This document shows, in pieces, positions 36,901 to 48,967 of a stretch of 64,000 bases of DNA. Within the stretch, counting starts at the first letter, position 1. Every line of letters begins with the position of its first letter. A program made the position numbers and the translations under genes. Origin of the DNA: Epithemia pelagica (lineage: Eukaryota > Protista > Bacillariophyta); assembly GCA_946965045.2 (NCBI GenBank), contig OX337238.1:3038001-3102000 (forward strand), written 5' to 3'. The notes under the pieces are model-generated. The model did not search any database. It worked only from the letters and a program-made list of their open reading frames with translations, and was not told the DNA's origin.

Positions 36901-38690
36901 TAAGCGTCTACTCCTTCAAAGGCCTTGGAGATGCATTGTAAGTGAAGAACAGAAGCATGAATACTTGCAAAGTCATCCTCAAACTTGAGAAAGGTGGCCA
37001 ACATCTTCTTGAGACGGCTTTCCATAGTTTCCGTTTCGTCCTTCACTTTCTTCAATGCATCGGACAAGAGCGACGAATATGCCTCTTTGTCCACGTGTTT
37101 CTTCAGAGACTTGGCTTGCGCCGATGATTTTACAGATTTCGATATATCTTCGTACAAGACGGTGACGTCGTACTCATTCAATGGAATTCCTTCTTGTACG
37201 TGGAACGAAATTGCGTCAATCTTTTGACTCAAATCGAGCAAACGCTGAATCACACGCAAGCGCAAGTCCTCGTATCGTGGGAATTTGCTTGCAGAATCCT
37301 GCAACGCCACAAGACCATGCGACGAGGACTCTTGAGCCACCACCAGACGGGATCCGAACGATCGTAAGGCCCGCGGAGACGACGAGCCAAACCATAGATC
37401 CATAAAGAGACTCAAATCGCGGAACTCCATATCATCCATGCAAGAATCGATATGAGACAAAAGGCTATCAATGCTATTTACCACTGAATCATGGGTTGCA
37501 TCGAAAAGCTGAACAAGGAACGGCGATTTGTCATCAATCGCCAGAATGTCTCTTGCCAACGATGCTTCTTGGAGCGTCAACCTGGCAAATGTCAAGTACA
37601 ACGCAAGTTCGTTCCGCAGATTCACCATGATAATGTTGGCAGTCGAACGCGCGTTGCTTGATTTTGACATGCTCCTATTCAACCGATCCGAGGATTCAAC
37701 AAGGGCAGAATGAAACTTCTGTACAAGACGACTTCGAATGTTGACGAAATTGTCAACTCGGCAGTTTCCGTGGAGGCGATCTACGATCCAATCTCCCAAT
37801 TTCCGAATGTTGAATCCTTTTCGTTCCTCGACGAACTTGCTCCAGTTGTCCCATTTGTTCTGACTCGACAGTTCTTCCAGCAAAACGGCGGCAGAGAAGC
37901 CTTTCTGAAGTTGGACAAGCATTGCCTCTCCTTCCGCACAAGCATGAGCCATGATAGAAGCAGTGTCTCCCTTGTCTCCAAAGGTCCAAGATTCCTCGTT
38001 CAACATATCCGCCATGTTATCTTCTACGACGTCTTGGAATGCCCTCTTCGATAAGGGCAATGATTCCAGAGAAGGATCTTCTCGCTCCCATGTATCACTG
38101 GTTTCTAGAGAATCGTCTTCCAAACATGAGGCCTCCGGAACCTGTAGAAAAGACCGAGCTTCTTTCGCCGAGAGGATCGTTCCGGATCCCAAACTTCCCA
38201 CCTTCGAAGGAGTCGCGATCTTGTCGACATTAGGAACTGGAACGTCTGTTTGGCGTTCTGGAATGAGCGGTGTTTCTTCTCGTGCAATTGAGAAGTATGG
38301 GTGCACCATGTGGTAAATGACATTGTATACAGCGATGATGAAGAAAAAGAAGACATAGAGGAACAAAACGAAGATAGTTTGCTCGTAGCATGACTCATGG
38401 AATTGCGGAGGAGAGGAATTCGAGGTTTTCGCGTCACGCCCTGATGGACGAGTGGATGGGCGCCGCGTCTTCCGAAGGACTTGGTTGTTGTTACCTCCTT
38501 TCGCTTTTGGAGTCTCCTCATTGGACACGAGCTCCTCGGAAGGAGTACGTTCCGTGAGTGACTCATCGTCACTAACCCACTGGTTCAGTGTCATGGTGAT
38601 CGGCTGCAACTCCACCCACAGTACGGAAACAAGGATGGCCCGAACGAAAAAAACTGGAAGACCATCCAACTGGTCCGTTTCCATCTGCAC
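33966..38690 (-). CDS. SecA-like SF2 ATPase + DnaJ domain protein, paralog 2, with an N-terminal TM segment instead of the GTPase; one frameshift
   Basis: Introns 35128-35202 and 34627-34697 sit at the same positions as in paralog 1. Motifs TGEGKS, DEVD, GRGTD, QIKGRAARQG and HPD. One extra base in the C6 run at 35296-35301. 38690 is a GTG; ATGs are at 38684 and 38594. Confidence 0.82.
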
Positions 38691-39345
38691 GCAGGCAAGA
38701 CTTTGCGGTGAAGGAAGATTTTAGACTTTTCTGGGAAGATCACGTTCGCGTGATGCTGGACATCAGTCTGTGTCCCAACCGTTCAGTCACATGAAAGCCA
38801 ACCGCCATGGACGAATTCCTTTTCCGAAAGTCCGAAACTTCCGCCGTATCGCAAACGAAATCATTCATCCGTGTCGAACTTGGAGTGTGACACATGCTGC
38901 CGCCAACACGGACTCTGCGAGACACATTGCATCTTGTCGATACAAAAGAGGTCCTCGTTCGGTCCTATCAAACCAACTATCGGAAGCGCTCGCTGTTGAG
39001 TAGTACGACTGATAAGAACTTGTTTGTCATCATGGTAGGAAAGGGCGATCAGCAGTGGTGTCAATGTCATCTTGTCAGGAATTTAGATACTCAAATATTA
39101 GTGGGGTATGTGGATCTTCCAAAGGAACCAGTTGCATCTGAGGAGTAAATACAATAAAACCTTCTATATCATTGCTAGTTTAGAATCCCAGCGGTTGATG
39201 GAAGGTAGAGTTAAAGGCGTCCCTACTAACAATAGGTTATGTTGTCCGTCAGAGACGGTCAGTGACAGACTGTGGGACGATGGCAATGAAGAAGGAGGAT
39301 GACGAGGAATGGAAAAGAACCATGGCAGCAGCCACGAAAATGCGA

Positions 39346-40132
39346 GATATGGCACATCCCATGGACGACAAGCCATTGTCACATGAAACCCATCGTCCTC
39401 GTTCGTTTCACAGTTCATATTTGCGAATGGCCATGACGCAAACTCCCAAGATTACTTTGGGCGTCGCCCTGTTCGAGAGGTCTAGGTAGAGCCTAGCTAC
39501 GTTCCAAACGCCGTCCCTTACGGTTGAGACAATGATTTGATTTCTGGCCCAATACAGACCCGGTAGCAAAAACAATCCAGTGATAAAGCGAGCCAAAGCC
39601 AATCGGTCTACGGAGGGAAAGCAGAAAGCAGTCATTGTCAAAAAGCGAGAACCAAAAAGTGACAGTCAGCGCAGGGCTATTCAAGAGAACCAAACAAGGT
39701 GGTCCGAAGGAATATCTTGAGCTGCGAGTCAACCTAAATTGTACGTCATGCCTCAAATTACGAGTAATAATCTATCATCCATCGAGCCCGATCAGATTCT
39801 AGAGAGACTTATCCATTCACATTTGAAAGAGAAGGCTATAATAAAAATAAATTCAGTCTTGTAGGGACTGGGGGACTTACGTGGAAGTTGCTCTTGCTCA
39901 CTTTTTCCTTTCTGATCATATCTGCGTCGCGCATCTCTCTATCAGCCACGGAAAACCCGATCAAAGCGACGTGAGTCATATTGCACGGATACGCAACATC
40001 ACTGCTCGTCGTCTTCACCTCATCAACTTGCCCTGCCGGGAATTGGATCACTGGATTCAGATGTCCTGTTTCAAACTATGCCGTCCGTCCAAATGTGACG
40101 TACCACACAAACCACAGTGATTCGAAGGATCG
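39346..40132. repeat. Diverged direct repeat, copy A (partner at 43018-43862)
   Basis: Shared blocks such as gtgataaagcgagccaaagccaatcggtcta, ggaatatcttgagctgcgagtcaa, catccatcgagcccgatcagattcta and accacacaaaccacagtgatt, in the same order in both copies. Ends are approximate. Confidence 0.85.
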
Positions 40133-40914
40133 TAACCCTGCAACGAAGACTACTACAGCAGCAACTAGGATGATGATCGAAAAGAAAAAAATGAACAACA
40201 GCGACATAAACGACGACTGAAGCAACAACAACAAGCAACTCTTTTGACTAATAGGGTTTTGACGCGACTTTTGAATGGCAACGAGCGATCCGAATCATAA
40301 TCACCTTAATTAGTTCCTCCAAGGCCGGGTCGGCTCCTCCTACTTTGTTCTAACTCGCTGCATTGAACGAAATCATAGTCGACTTCACCGCGGCCTTGAG
40401 ATTTTGCCAAAGTTTCTTGGCGTTCCCGAAATCATTGCCGACAGCAATTTTCAAGTCAAAGGGCAAACCACCCGTGATGGTAACATCGAGTGCAGTAGTG
40501 TACATGGTCATGGTGGCTTCTTTGAGGCTGTCCAATCCACAAACTTGCTTGTTCCAATGCAATGAGTGGCAAAGGTTGTCCCGCAACACAATTTCATACA
40601 CCACGGTACATACCGGCTTTCGAGACACCACCGACGATCAGTTGCGTCACTCCACTGCCCTTGCCATTTTCCTCCATCGCATCGTTTTTTTCTACTACCT
40701 ACAACGCACACCTCGACCAGATGCTCGGCTCTTTCCCCTACTTTCGTTTAACTCGTCGTCGTTGCACTGAAAACCACACGACTCCGTGTGGACGCAGCGG
40801 AGCGTTGCTGAGGATTTTCATTGTCTATTGCAATTCTAGAAAAATGGAAGATGACCCTTCCATGCCCTGTTCTTTCATCTTGTCTCCCCCAATGGCAGCA
40901 CAGTACCCATCATG

Positions 40915-42194
40915 TTAGCAATTCGCGTTGGAAATTTCGGCGGGGGTGTCGCCTTCGACCACTGGTATCCGATTGTTGTTTCCACACGATGTGGCACCTG
41001 TCTGGTACAAGAACGGATTCTCCCGTACTTCTTCAGCCCACCCATAGTTGTTGTCCATGGCCGTGGGTTTCATCCACCAATACACCATAATCATGGGCAA
41101 ATCCAAGGTCCCTTCCCCGCCATCGTCGTCCAGATTGTCGGTGGTATCAAATTCGTGGGGCGTAAAGCTCCGGTGGGCGTGAAAGCCATACGGCGTTCCG
41201 CCAAAATTACCCTTGCTGGCAAAGGTGTGCGCTTCCGTGTCAATCCCCGACACATTGGACCAGGTCCGCCACCACCCTCGACCGGCAATTTGCCAATATC
41301 CCTCTTGAGCCGCGTGTCGGTGACTGGGATAACACACTCCCCCTTCCATGGCGGCAAAGCCCAAGACGGAATACGTGTCACGATGCGGGAACATTTGCCA
41401 AAGGTACTCCGCAACATATCGGGTGGGGCCGCCAGTAATGTAAAATTATCCGCACCCGGTTCTGGCAGGGATACTACGCCTTTGACCAAATCGACCAGGG
41501 CTTGGGGAAAGACGGCCAATTCTTTGCCAGTGGCATCGGTGGAATTGGTAAACAGAATCTCGGAGGAACCATCACGCGACGATGTTCCATTGTCGTCGTC
41601 GTCGAAAACCACCAGATAGGTTCCAAAACTCACCACCAAACCAATGAGTACCACCAACAGGATGGTATTGGTAGTGAAGAGTCGTCGAGCGCGATTGTCC
41701 ACAAGGAGCTCTGTCGGTCCATCCTCATCATTGTGATGGTCTTCCACTTCAGAAACATTTGTACGACCCGATAACCCGGCAGCACCGTCCTCGATATCTC
41801 CACCGGCTGCCATGAATTCCGGTTCTTGTCCATTATTGGCTGCCATGGATTCCGGTTCTTCCCCCTCATTTATTGCCATGGATTCCGGTTCTTCCCCATG
41901 ATCATTATTACCACCATCATTGCGCCGAGACAAATCCACCATGGCAATGTCCCCCAGGTTCTCGTCGTTGCCTGGATCCATCACTCCTTCACTACGAGGA
42001 GGCGACGACGATGGAGGAACTTCTTGGACATGCATGTCATCCTCGACAAATGCCTCCGGTGTGTTGGCAGGTTCATAAAAAATGATTTCGTCTTCTCCTC
42101 CTCCTTTTGTAGGTCCATACATGGTTTCCTCATCCATTGTTTCTTGCACCTTTTCTTCTTCTCCTTCTTCTTCTTCCTTCACGGAAAATGTCAT
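40915..42194 (-). CDS. Membrane-anchored cupin resembling DddL/DddQ DMSP lyases (PF16867-like), split across two frames
   Basis: Frame 1 gives an acidic N-terminus and TM TILLVVLIGLVVSFGTYLVVF. A second frame, open from about 41445 to 40915, gives LGFAAMEGGVCYPSHRHAAQEGYWQIAGRGWW...FHAHRSFTPHEFDT...PMIMVYWW. The frames join with one extra base at the A4 run 41442-41445, or via a weak 71-nt intron 41477..41407. Confidence 0.7.
41809..41898. repeat. 33-bp coding tandem repeat (about 2.7 copies, GEEPESMAINE-type)
   Basis: gccatg(g/a)attccggttctt recurs at 41809, 41842 and 41875. Confidence 0.9.
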
Positions 42195-43017
42195 CCCATC
42201 TTCTTTTCCGTCGTCGTCGTCGTTGGTGGTGGATCAATTAGGATCTTCTTCATTCATAGGACCGTCGTCGTCGTCGTTGTTGTTGTTGTTGTTGTCACCA
42301 CCAGTCGTCATTGTCGTCAGAGGGTCCGTCATGGCCGACGGCTCCTTGGTCATGTTTTCTTCTTCCAAATCCAACGAGGATGACATGATTTTCTGTTCCA
42401 TGCACTTTTATCCTCGGTTTTTTTGGATCTAATAGCGCAACGATGAGGATTGACGGTGTCCAAGAAGAGCCACCCAAAGTCGTGATTAGTCGATAGTTAG
42501 CCCCCAGCGAGATTAGTGACTGAGTAGGTTCCAATCTTCTGTTAGACTTAAACCACATAAAGTACGACACACATGCGACTATTTGACTATGATTGGGAGT
42601 AAACGCATGTGCCGAAGAAAAAGTATCTTTGGCAATCGGCATTCGATAAGACGACCGGAAGGCGACCAAGATTCATGGTGGCGTGAATCCGGAAGCACAT
42701 GTTCGAATTCACCCGACAATGGATCAATCCCTGAACGCCAATGATTCTTGGCCTTTCTCCCAAGCAACTACCTCTAGCTAGTTGGCGGTGTTGTACCTAT
42801 CACGTCCGTCTTGGTCCAATCACGGGCCGAGCGCATCGGTCGACCGTAGCCACTGGGAAGTTCCATCCTTCGCAAGCATGGAAAATCTCTCTCTCTCTCT
42901 CTCCTCACTATGTAGGATCTTACATCAATCAACATGCTTGGAATTGTCCATTGCTATAGATCACGATACTTGCAAACGAACCAACTGTCAAACTCACTCG
43001 GCCTTGTCTCAATCCCC

Positions 43018-43862
43018 GACATGTGGTACATTTCATGGACGACGACAAGCCATGGTCACAGGGAAGATATTGTCCTCGTTCGTGTCACAGTTCCTGTTTG
43101 CGAATGATGGTAGCAAACAGGATGCAACCTCCCAAGATCGTACTTCTACGAAAAAGGTAAAGGTCTTGCTAGAGGTGGAGGCGAGCTAGAGGTTCCAAAC
43201 GGTCACTCAAGGCTGAGAGAATCTGCCTTTTTCTGACTTGTCAGCCATTACAGAATAGAATACAAATCCGGTACCAACAACAACCCTGTGATAAAGCGAG
43301 CCAAAGCCAATCGGTCTACTCGTACGTGTAGGGACAGGTAATAGTCAATCCTCTCAATGCGAGCAGAACCAAAAAGTGACGGTCAGCTCAGGGCTATTCT
43401 AGAACCGAACCAGATGGTCCGAAGGCTGTTGACGGTCTCATCAAGCTCCATGGAATATCTTGAGCTGCGAGTCAATCAATTGTATAAGTATTTCTTCATA
43501 TTAATGTAGCATCCATCGAGCCCGATCAGATTCTAAAGACTCATCCATTCACATTGGTACGGGAGGCTGTAATCAAGATGAATTCAATCTTGTAGGGACT
43601 GGGGGGCTGACGTGGCACTCGCTCTTGCTCACTTTTCCCCTTTCTGATATTCCTCATTTCTCCATCGCGCATCTCTCTAGCGTTTAGACGACATGGGTCA
43701 TGTTGCACGGCTACAATACGCAACATCGCTTCTCGTCGTCTTCACCTCACCAACTTGCTCTGGTGGGAACTGGCTCACTGGATTTGATTGTCCTGTTTCA
43801 ACATATGCCGTCCGTCCGAATGTCCCGTACCACACAAACCACAGTGATTGGACGGATCGTGT
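43018..43862. repeat. Diverged direct repeat, copy B (partner at 39346-40132)
   Basis: See copy A. Confidence 0.85.
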
Positions 43863-44006
43863 CATGTTGGCTCAACATCTTGGAAGAACCATGTCACTTG
43901 TTTGAGATTTGTGATGGAAAAACTAACGACTCCTCACAAATTCTGAACACGAGGTCACCTCAAACTTGGCTCTCATAAAATTGTCATTTCGACAAAATCA
44001 CTCATC

Positions 44007-46396
44007 ATGTGTTCGACAACGTCCTCTCTTGCCAATTCCTTTCTGCTTGTGCTTCTTCTTGCTTTGTCATCCTCCTCAAGCCATGCCATTGAGTTTCCCA
44101 ATCTTCGGCACCTGTCCCAACTTGCGGCGCAAGGAGATTTGGAGGACCGACTTCATGTGAAATTCAATCCTCCGCAAGCATCGGCTACTACTAGCAGCGG
44201 CAACACCACCACCACCACAAAGGAGGCCAATCTCGACAATGACAGCGACCAAGAAGATGTCATTTTGTGGGAACGTGCCAACGATATCTTACAGAATGTC
44301 TTGAGCGACGACTGCCATGCCGTTGAGCGACTGTTTCGTCCCGCGGGTCGTTTCGAAGATGCTCATCGTGAGGCCGGATTGACGCGTTGGTTCGTGTACG
44401 ATTGCAGCACCAACAACAGTACTACGAACACGACGCAAGATCCACCCGAGGAACACGGCGACGACTCGGGTACACAAGCTACGGAAACCTCGGGTCACAT
44501 GGCCGTGTCGGCTCTGACCAAACTCCAAGAATGGTTCGACCATATCGACGACCCCAACCAAGATTCTGTGTGGAGTATGGAATTTGTCACTGCAGAACAC
44601 AAGGTGGAAGAAACGGTCCTTGCTGGAAGTCGACAAGACATTCCCATTTCCACGAGGGACCAAGCTTTGGAGACCGGACCTACCGGTTTGTCAACCTCAA
44701 CCACCTCGGCCATTCCGAACGATCCCTTGCTGTCATTCCAAGATCATTACGACGCCATTCAATTGCCTGCAGCATGGCAGATCATGACCGATTCCAACGC
44801 GTGGCCGCAATGCAAAAATGTGGTAGTCCAGGTACTGGACTCTGGATGGGATACCGATCATGTTGATTCGGGAGGTATGTTCGTTCCGCATCCGATAGGA
44901 CTGGCGGATTGTTTGCTCTCGTCTTTATGTAACACGTATGGAGACTCCTCACGACTTGCATTTGCTCTTCTTCTGCAGTCAATCAATGGACCAATCCAGG
45001 CGAGGACTGTTCGGGAACCGGCAGTGGCAATGGTATCGACGATGACAACAATGGTTTTGTGGACGACTGTCATGGATACAATCATGGCGATCGAACCTCG
45101 GCCAATCTCGTTGGGAGTAGCAATCATGGAAGTCATTGCACCGGTACCATTGGTGCGACCACCGACAATGATTTGGGTGTCGCTGGAGTGGCAGGAGGAC
45201 GAGGAAATCATCCGGGTGTTTCCATTTTGACATCTGTCGGATTTGGTCGAGTCGGATCGCGGGGATTTGCCGAAGCCATTGTGTACGGTGCCGATATGGG
45301 CTCTCACATTAGTTCCAATTCGTGGGGATACACCTCTCCCAATGTCGCCGATCGAGCCGTCTTGGAAGCCATTAGTTTTGCCACTTCCCGAGAGGTTCTG
45401 GTTGTCTTTGCGGCTGGCAACAGCAATTCCAATCAAGCTTTTTATCCAGCCTTTTCCAATGAAGTGGTTGCTGTGGCCGCAACCGACAATACGGGAGCTG
45501 CCGCCTCCTTTACCAATTACGGATCGTGGGTGGATATTGCCGCGCCTGGTGTCCGTATTGCCTCGACTGGATTGTCGGCGTCTCAACCCAGTGTGAATTC
45601 CGATGAATACTTGTATTTGAGTGGTACCAGTATGGCGTGTCCTCACGTGTCCGGTGTCCTGGCCTTGGGAAAATGTTTGAATCCCTCCGCCACCTCGGCC
45701 GAATTGAAAGGCTGTTTGCTAAACACGGCCACTCCGCTCAACAGCAACCGGGATCTCGGCCGAGGTATGGTCAATCCACCCGAGTTTCTCAAATGTGTCC
45801 AGACCATTGCAACGGACTCGTCACCAACCGTATCGCCCACACAGAGTCCCACCGATAAGCCATCAACGGCCACTCCGACCAGCACGCCTACTAGCAATCC
45901 CACTGCAGCTCCTGCCAACAATCAATGTCGGGTCGATCAATGTCAAGAGGCCACACCGGATATTGCGGGATGTGCCAGCTGCCGTTCTTGTCAAGAGGCG
46001 GTTTGTGAAGCCGATGCCTTTTGTTGTGGCAACGAATGGGATGGTCTTTGCGTGATTCAAGCACGCGATTTGTGTCCCTGTCCATGCGCACGAAATGACG
46101 ACGAATGTACTTCAGGCTGCGGCAATTGCCGTCAAATACGAAGCAACGAAGAAGGCTGTTCCTGTGAGTCCTGTCGTGACCAAGTGTGTGCCCTCGCTCC
46201 CGACTGTTGTACCCAAGGCTGGGGACTCTTGTGTGCGGTCCGTGCCGTTTTGTTTTGTGACACTTGTACAAGTAGTGCTGCATCCACCACCTCGTCCACC
46301 AAAGACCATCCATTGGACGCTCTAGAACTCAAGCATAAAGATCAGGAATCCATGATTGCGGCCCTCTTTTCTCCCACAGATACGAATCATAATTAA
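44007..46396 (+). CDS. Secreted subtilisin-like S8 serine protease with prodomain, Thr/Pro linker and two Cys-rich C-terminal repeats (761 aa)
   Basis: Exons 44007-44874 and 44979-46396; intron GTATGT..CAG. Signal peptide present. Catalytic triad VLDSG, HGSHCTG and GTSMACPHV. Spliced NGIDDDNNGFVDD motif. Confidence 0.92.
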
Positions 46397-46650
46397 GCCA
46401 CAAAAGTGCTCTTCTCATCCTGCATAAGGTGCTGTGGATCGGGACACCTCGGTTCATTCTTTAATTGAATAGCTCATGTCATAATCTTCGCACTAGATGA
46501 AATTTGAAATAGACTGTTCTCCTTTTTTATTCCGACGACAGCAGCTTCTATGAGGACAAGCAGCAGCAAACACTAAACAATCAAGAATCTCCTGGCTCCA
46601 AGGTAGCCCAATTTTTCATAGAGATCTGTCGCCTTTCAAGAGATAAGCGT

Positions 46651-48257
46651 TTAAGAGGACTGATCCTGCACAAAGCTTAATGCATCCATTTCTTTCTTGC
46701 ACGAAGCAGTGTACTCATGATTGATGGCAATTCTGGATTCAAGAGACTTCACTTTTCGGAGAAGATGAATTTTTTCGTGGATGCCTTCGATCGTTTTCAT
46801 TTCGGACTTTGTCTTGTCAGTTTCGTCTTTCATGTCTTTCACAGAGCGAAATTTGTCGTCGCTGGCAAGAGATTGAAGAATGACGAGCAAATCTTGTGCA
46901 TCGGCGCCCTGTTGCAAAATATCTTGGTCGTTGTATTCCATTCTAGCCTTTTGGACGATGGCTTCGAGGTGTTCCATTTCTTTGTCGAGCTCGGCACGAC
47001 ACGAAAACTTGTTCTGTAATGGCGCCATGCAGAAGTTAAGATATGAATTAAAAAAAAATCAATTCTCACAGTAACAGGATGCAAGGATAACAAAAGTGTT
47101 CGTACCTTGAGTTGTTGTTTCTTTGTGATCGGTGGAAGTGTTTCACAAGTGTTAACCTTGTATCCAGCAATAACAACAAGCCCATTTGACGTCATAACCA
47201 TGCTACATCCGTCTCGTACCTTCGTTAAATTTGGTAGATACCAAACCACGCCGTCTTTTGTGTCCAGCACTTTTACCGAGTTTAAGCTGGTCAGTCCCCT
47301 GCTACCTCCTGCCACGACAAGATTCGACCCCAGACTTGAAACAGCATGTGAACTTCTCGGCTCAAGATGAGCTAGATCTGGGTCAGTAATCCAAGAGGAT
47401 GCAAAGGTGCCCTCGGTTCTGTTCACATTTCCATGAAACTCCAAATACTCCAAAGAAGATCTTTCTCCACGAGCACTGCGGTAGGCATGGCTCTCTGTTT
47501 CTCCGCCAACAATGTAGATGCGGTTCCCAATTGAAGCGATTCGAAGCCGACCGCGAACAATGTTCATTGAGGGTCCCTCAACTACCAAATGTTCGCGTTC
47601 ATTTGATGTATCAATCACGTCCAAGGATGGCGAAGCAGAATACGAATGCTCTCCTCCCGCAACAAAAGTATACCGATTGTACACTGCGACTGCAGTCCAT
47701 TCTCTTCTCGGTTTGTAAATTCGATGCTTCAATGTTCTCCATCTCACTTTTTTGTTTCCTGGGTTTGACATCATCAAATCAGCAACGCTTATATATTCAA
47801 TCGTAGACAAGTAGGAATTGCCATCATACCCTCCAATGGCAAACACCCAACCATTGCAGACCACAGCTGCATGTCCATTCCTCTTTTCGTTCATTTTTGG
47901 TCCCTCTCGCCATTTCTTAGAGTCCTTTCCAACATACAATACAATCACGGAGTCAGATGCGGATTAAGTCTCAGTCTGTCCGCCCAAAACCACAATAGCT
48001 TGCTCCTCTTGATTTTCAGGATTCTCAAGGACTACTGACGCATGATGGGATCGCCATCCACCCAGAAGTGGAGGAATTTCTTTATCTTTCCATTGCGGCT
48101 CTTTGTTCTCTGCCAAGTTGGTGAAAACAAGGCCCGACAAGGTTGCGTCCTCTTGCACGGTACTTGCTTGTACCACAACAAGCAAGCCAACGAGCAGCGC
48201 GACGAACCACCGCCACTTAATAGAGGATTCATGTGGCTTTGAAGCGGAACGATGCAT
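46651..48257 (-). pseudogene. Kelch gene K4 (signal peptide + Kelch + coiled-coil exon) with an in-frame TAA
   Basis: ORFs 48257-47964 and 47948 onward are in one frame, separated by TAA at 47964-47966. Phase-0 intron 47014-47105 after KKQQLK. Confidence 0.8.
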
Positions 48258-48967
48258 CCTCTATGTTTGTGTGTTTACTCTTTTGTGCTCAGAGTGTGTG
48301 ATCAATTCCGCGTTCAGAAGGTTGTGTGTGCGATGCAAGTCTATGGTTCACACAGAGAGAATGTGACAGGGACAGACAGGGACGCGTTTGCGAGAAAATC
48401 CCATCCAAAACCATCCCCTTCGTCAACTCGGTCGCTTTTCATGATCACGATCGGATCGGGACTCGTTTGGAACTTGGAATTCTTTCCATCCTTCTGTATT
48501 CGTCTTGTCGTATTCGATGCAAGAAACACATATTATCATATCCGTTCGTTCATCATTGAGGCAACTCTCCTCTCTTCGATGCCTTGCTACTCACAAACCG
48601 TAATGTCACAATAATTATTTGTTGTGGGCTGAAACACGCGCGCACGTCGACATGAAAAAGGAGGCAGCCGAGCATGCCTGTGCTCGGATTTCACATGTAA
48701 ACTTGAAATATTTCTTAAATGTATTTCGGATAGTAGCATGGCTCGCGTCACATGCTTCTCACCCGCATGCCTTTCCAGACCATAAAGAGAATGGAAACTC
48801 ATCCGATGCCAAGGATGAAGATAAAAGACACCATGACGGCTTAAAGCAATGAACCACACTACCACTGCGAAGATTAGCATACTTTGGCAATCGATTCGTG
48901 GCGAGTTAAGATTGAATGTCGCCCGTCGCACCACCATACCGTTTGCAAATACACACGTCGACAATGA

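Noticed and set aside
40350-40631. Small minus-strand ORF between repeat A and the cupin gene
   Set aside because: No recognisable motif or splice partner; could be a decayed gene but cannot be supported.
41091-41440. C-terminal third of the track ORF 41091-42194, and the antisense ORF 40912-41619
   Set aside because: No motifs; the alternative minus frame over the same bases carries the cupin signature.
7660-41445. Programmed ribosomal frameshifting at 7660, 35296 and 41442
   Set aside because: The shifts go in different directions, lack canonical slippery heptamers and all fall in homopolymers; sequencing indels or mutations are simpler explanations.
39346-43862. LTR retrotransposon bounded by the direct repeats
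   Set aside because: No TG...CA ends, PBS, PPT, target duplication or gag/pol remnants were identifiable.
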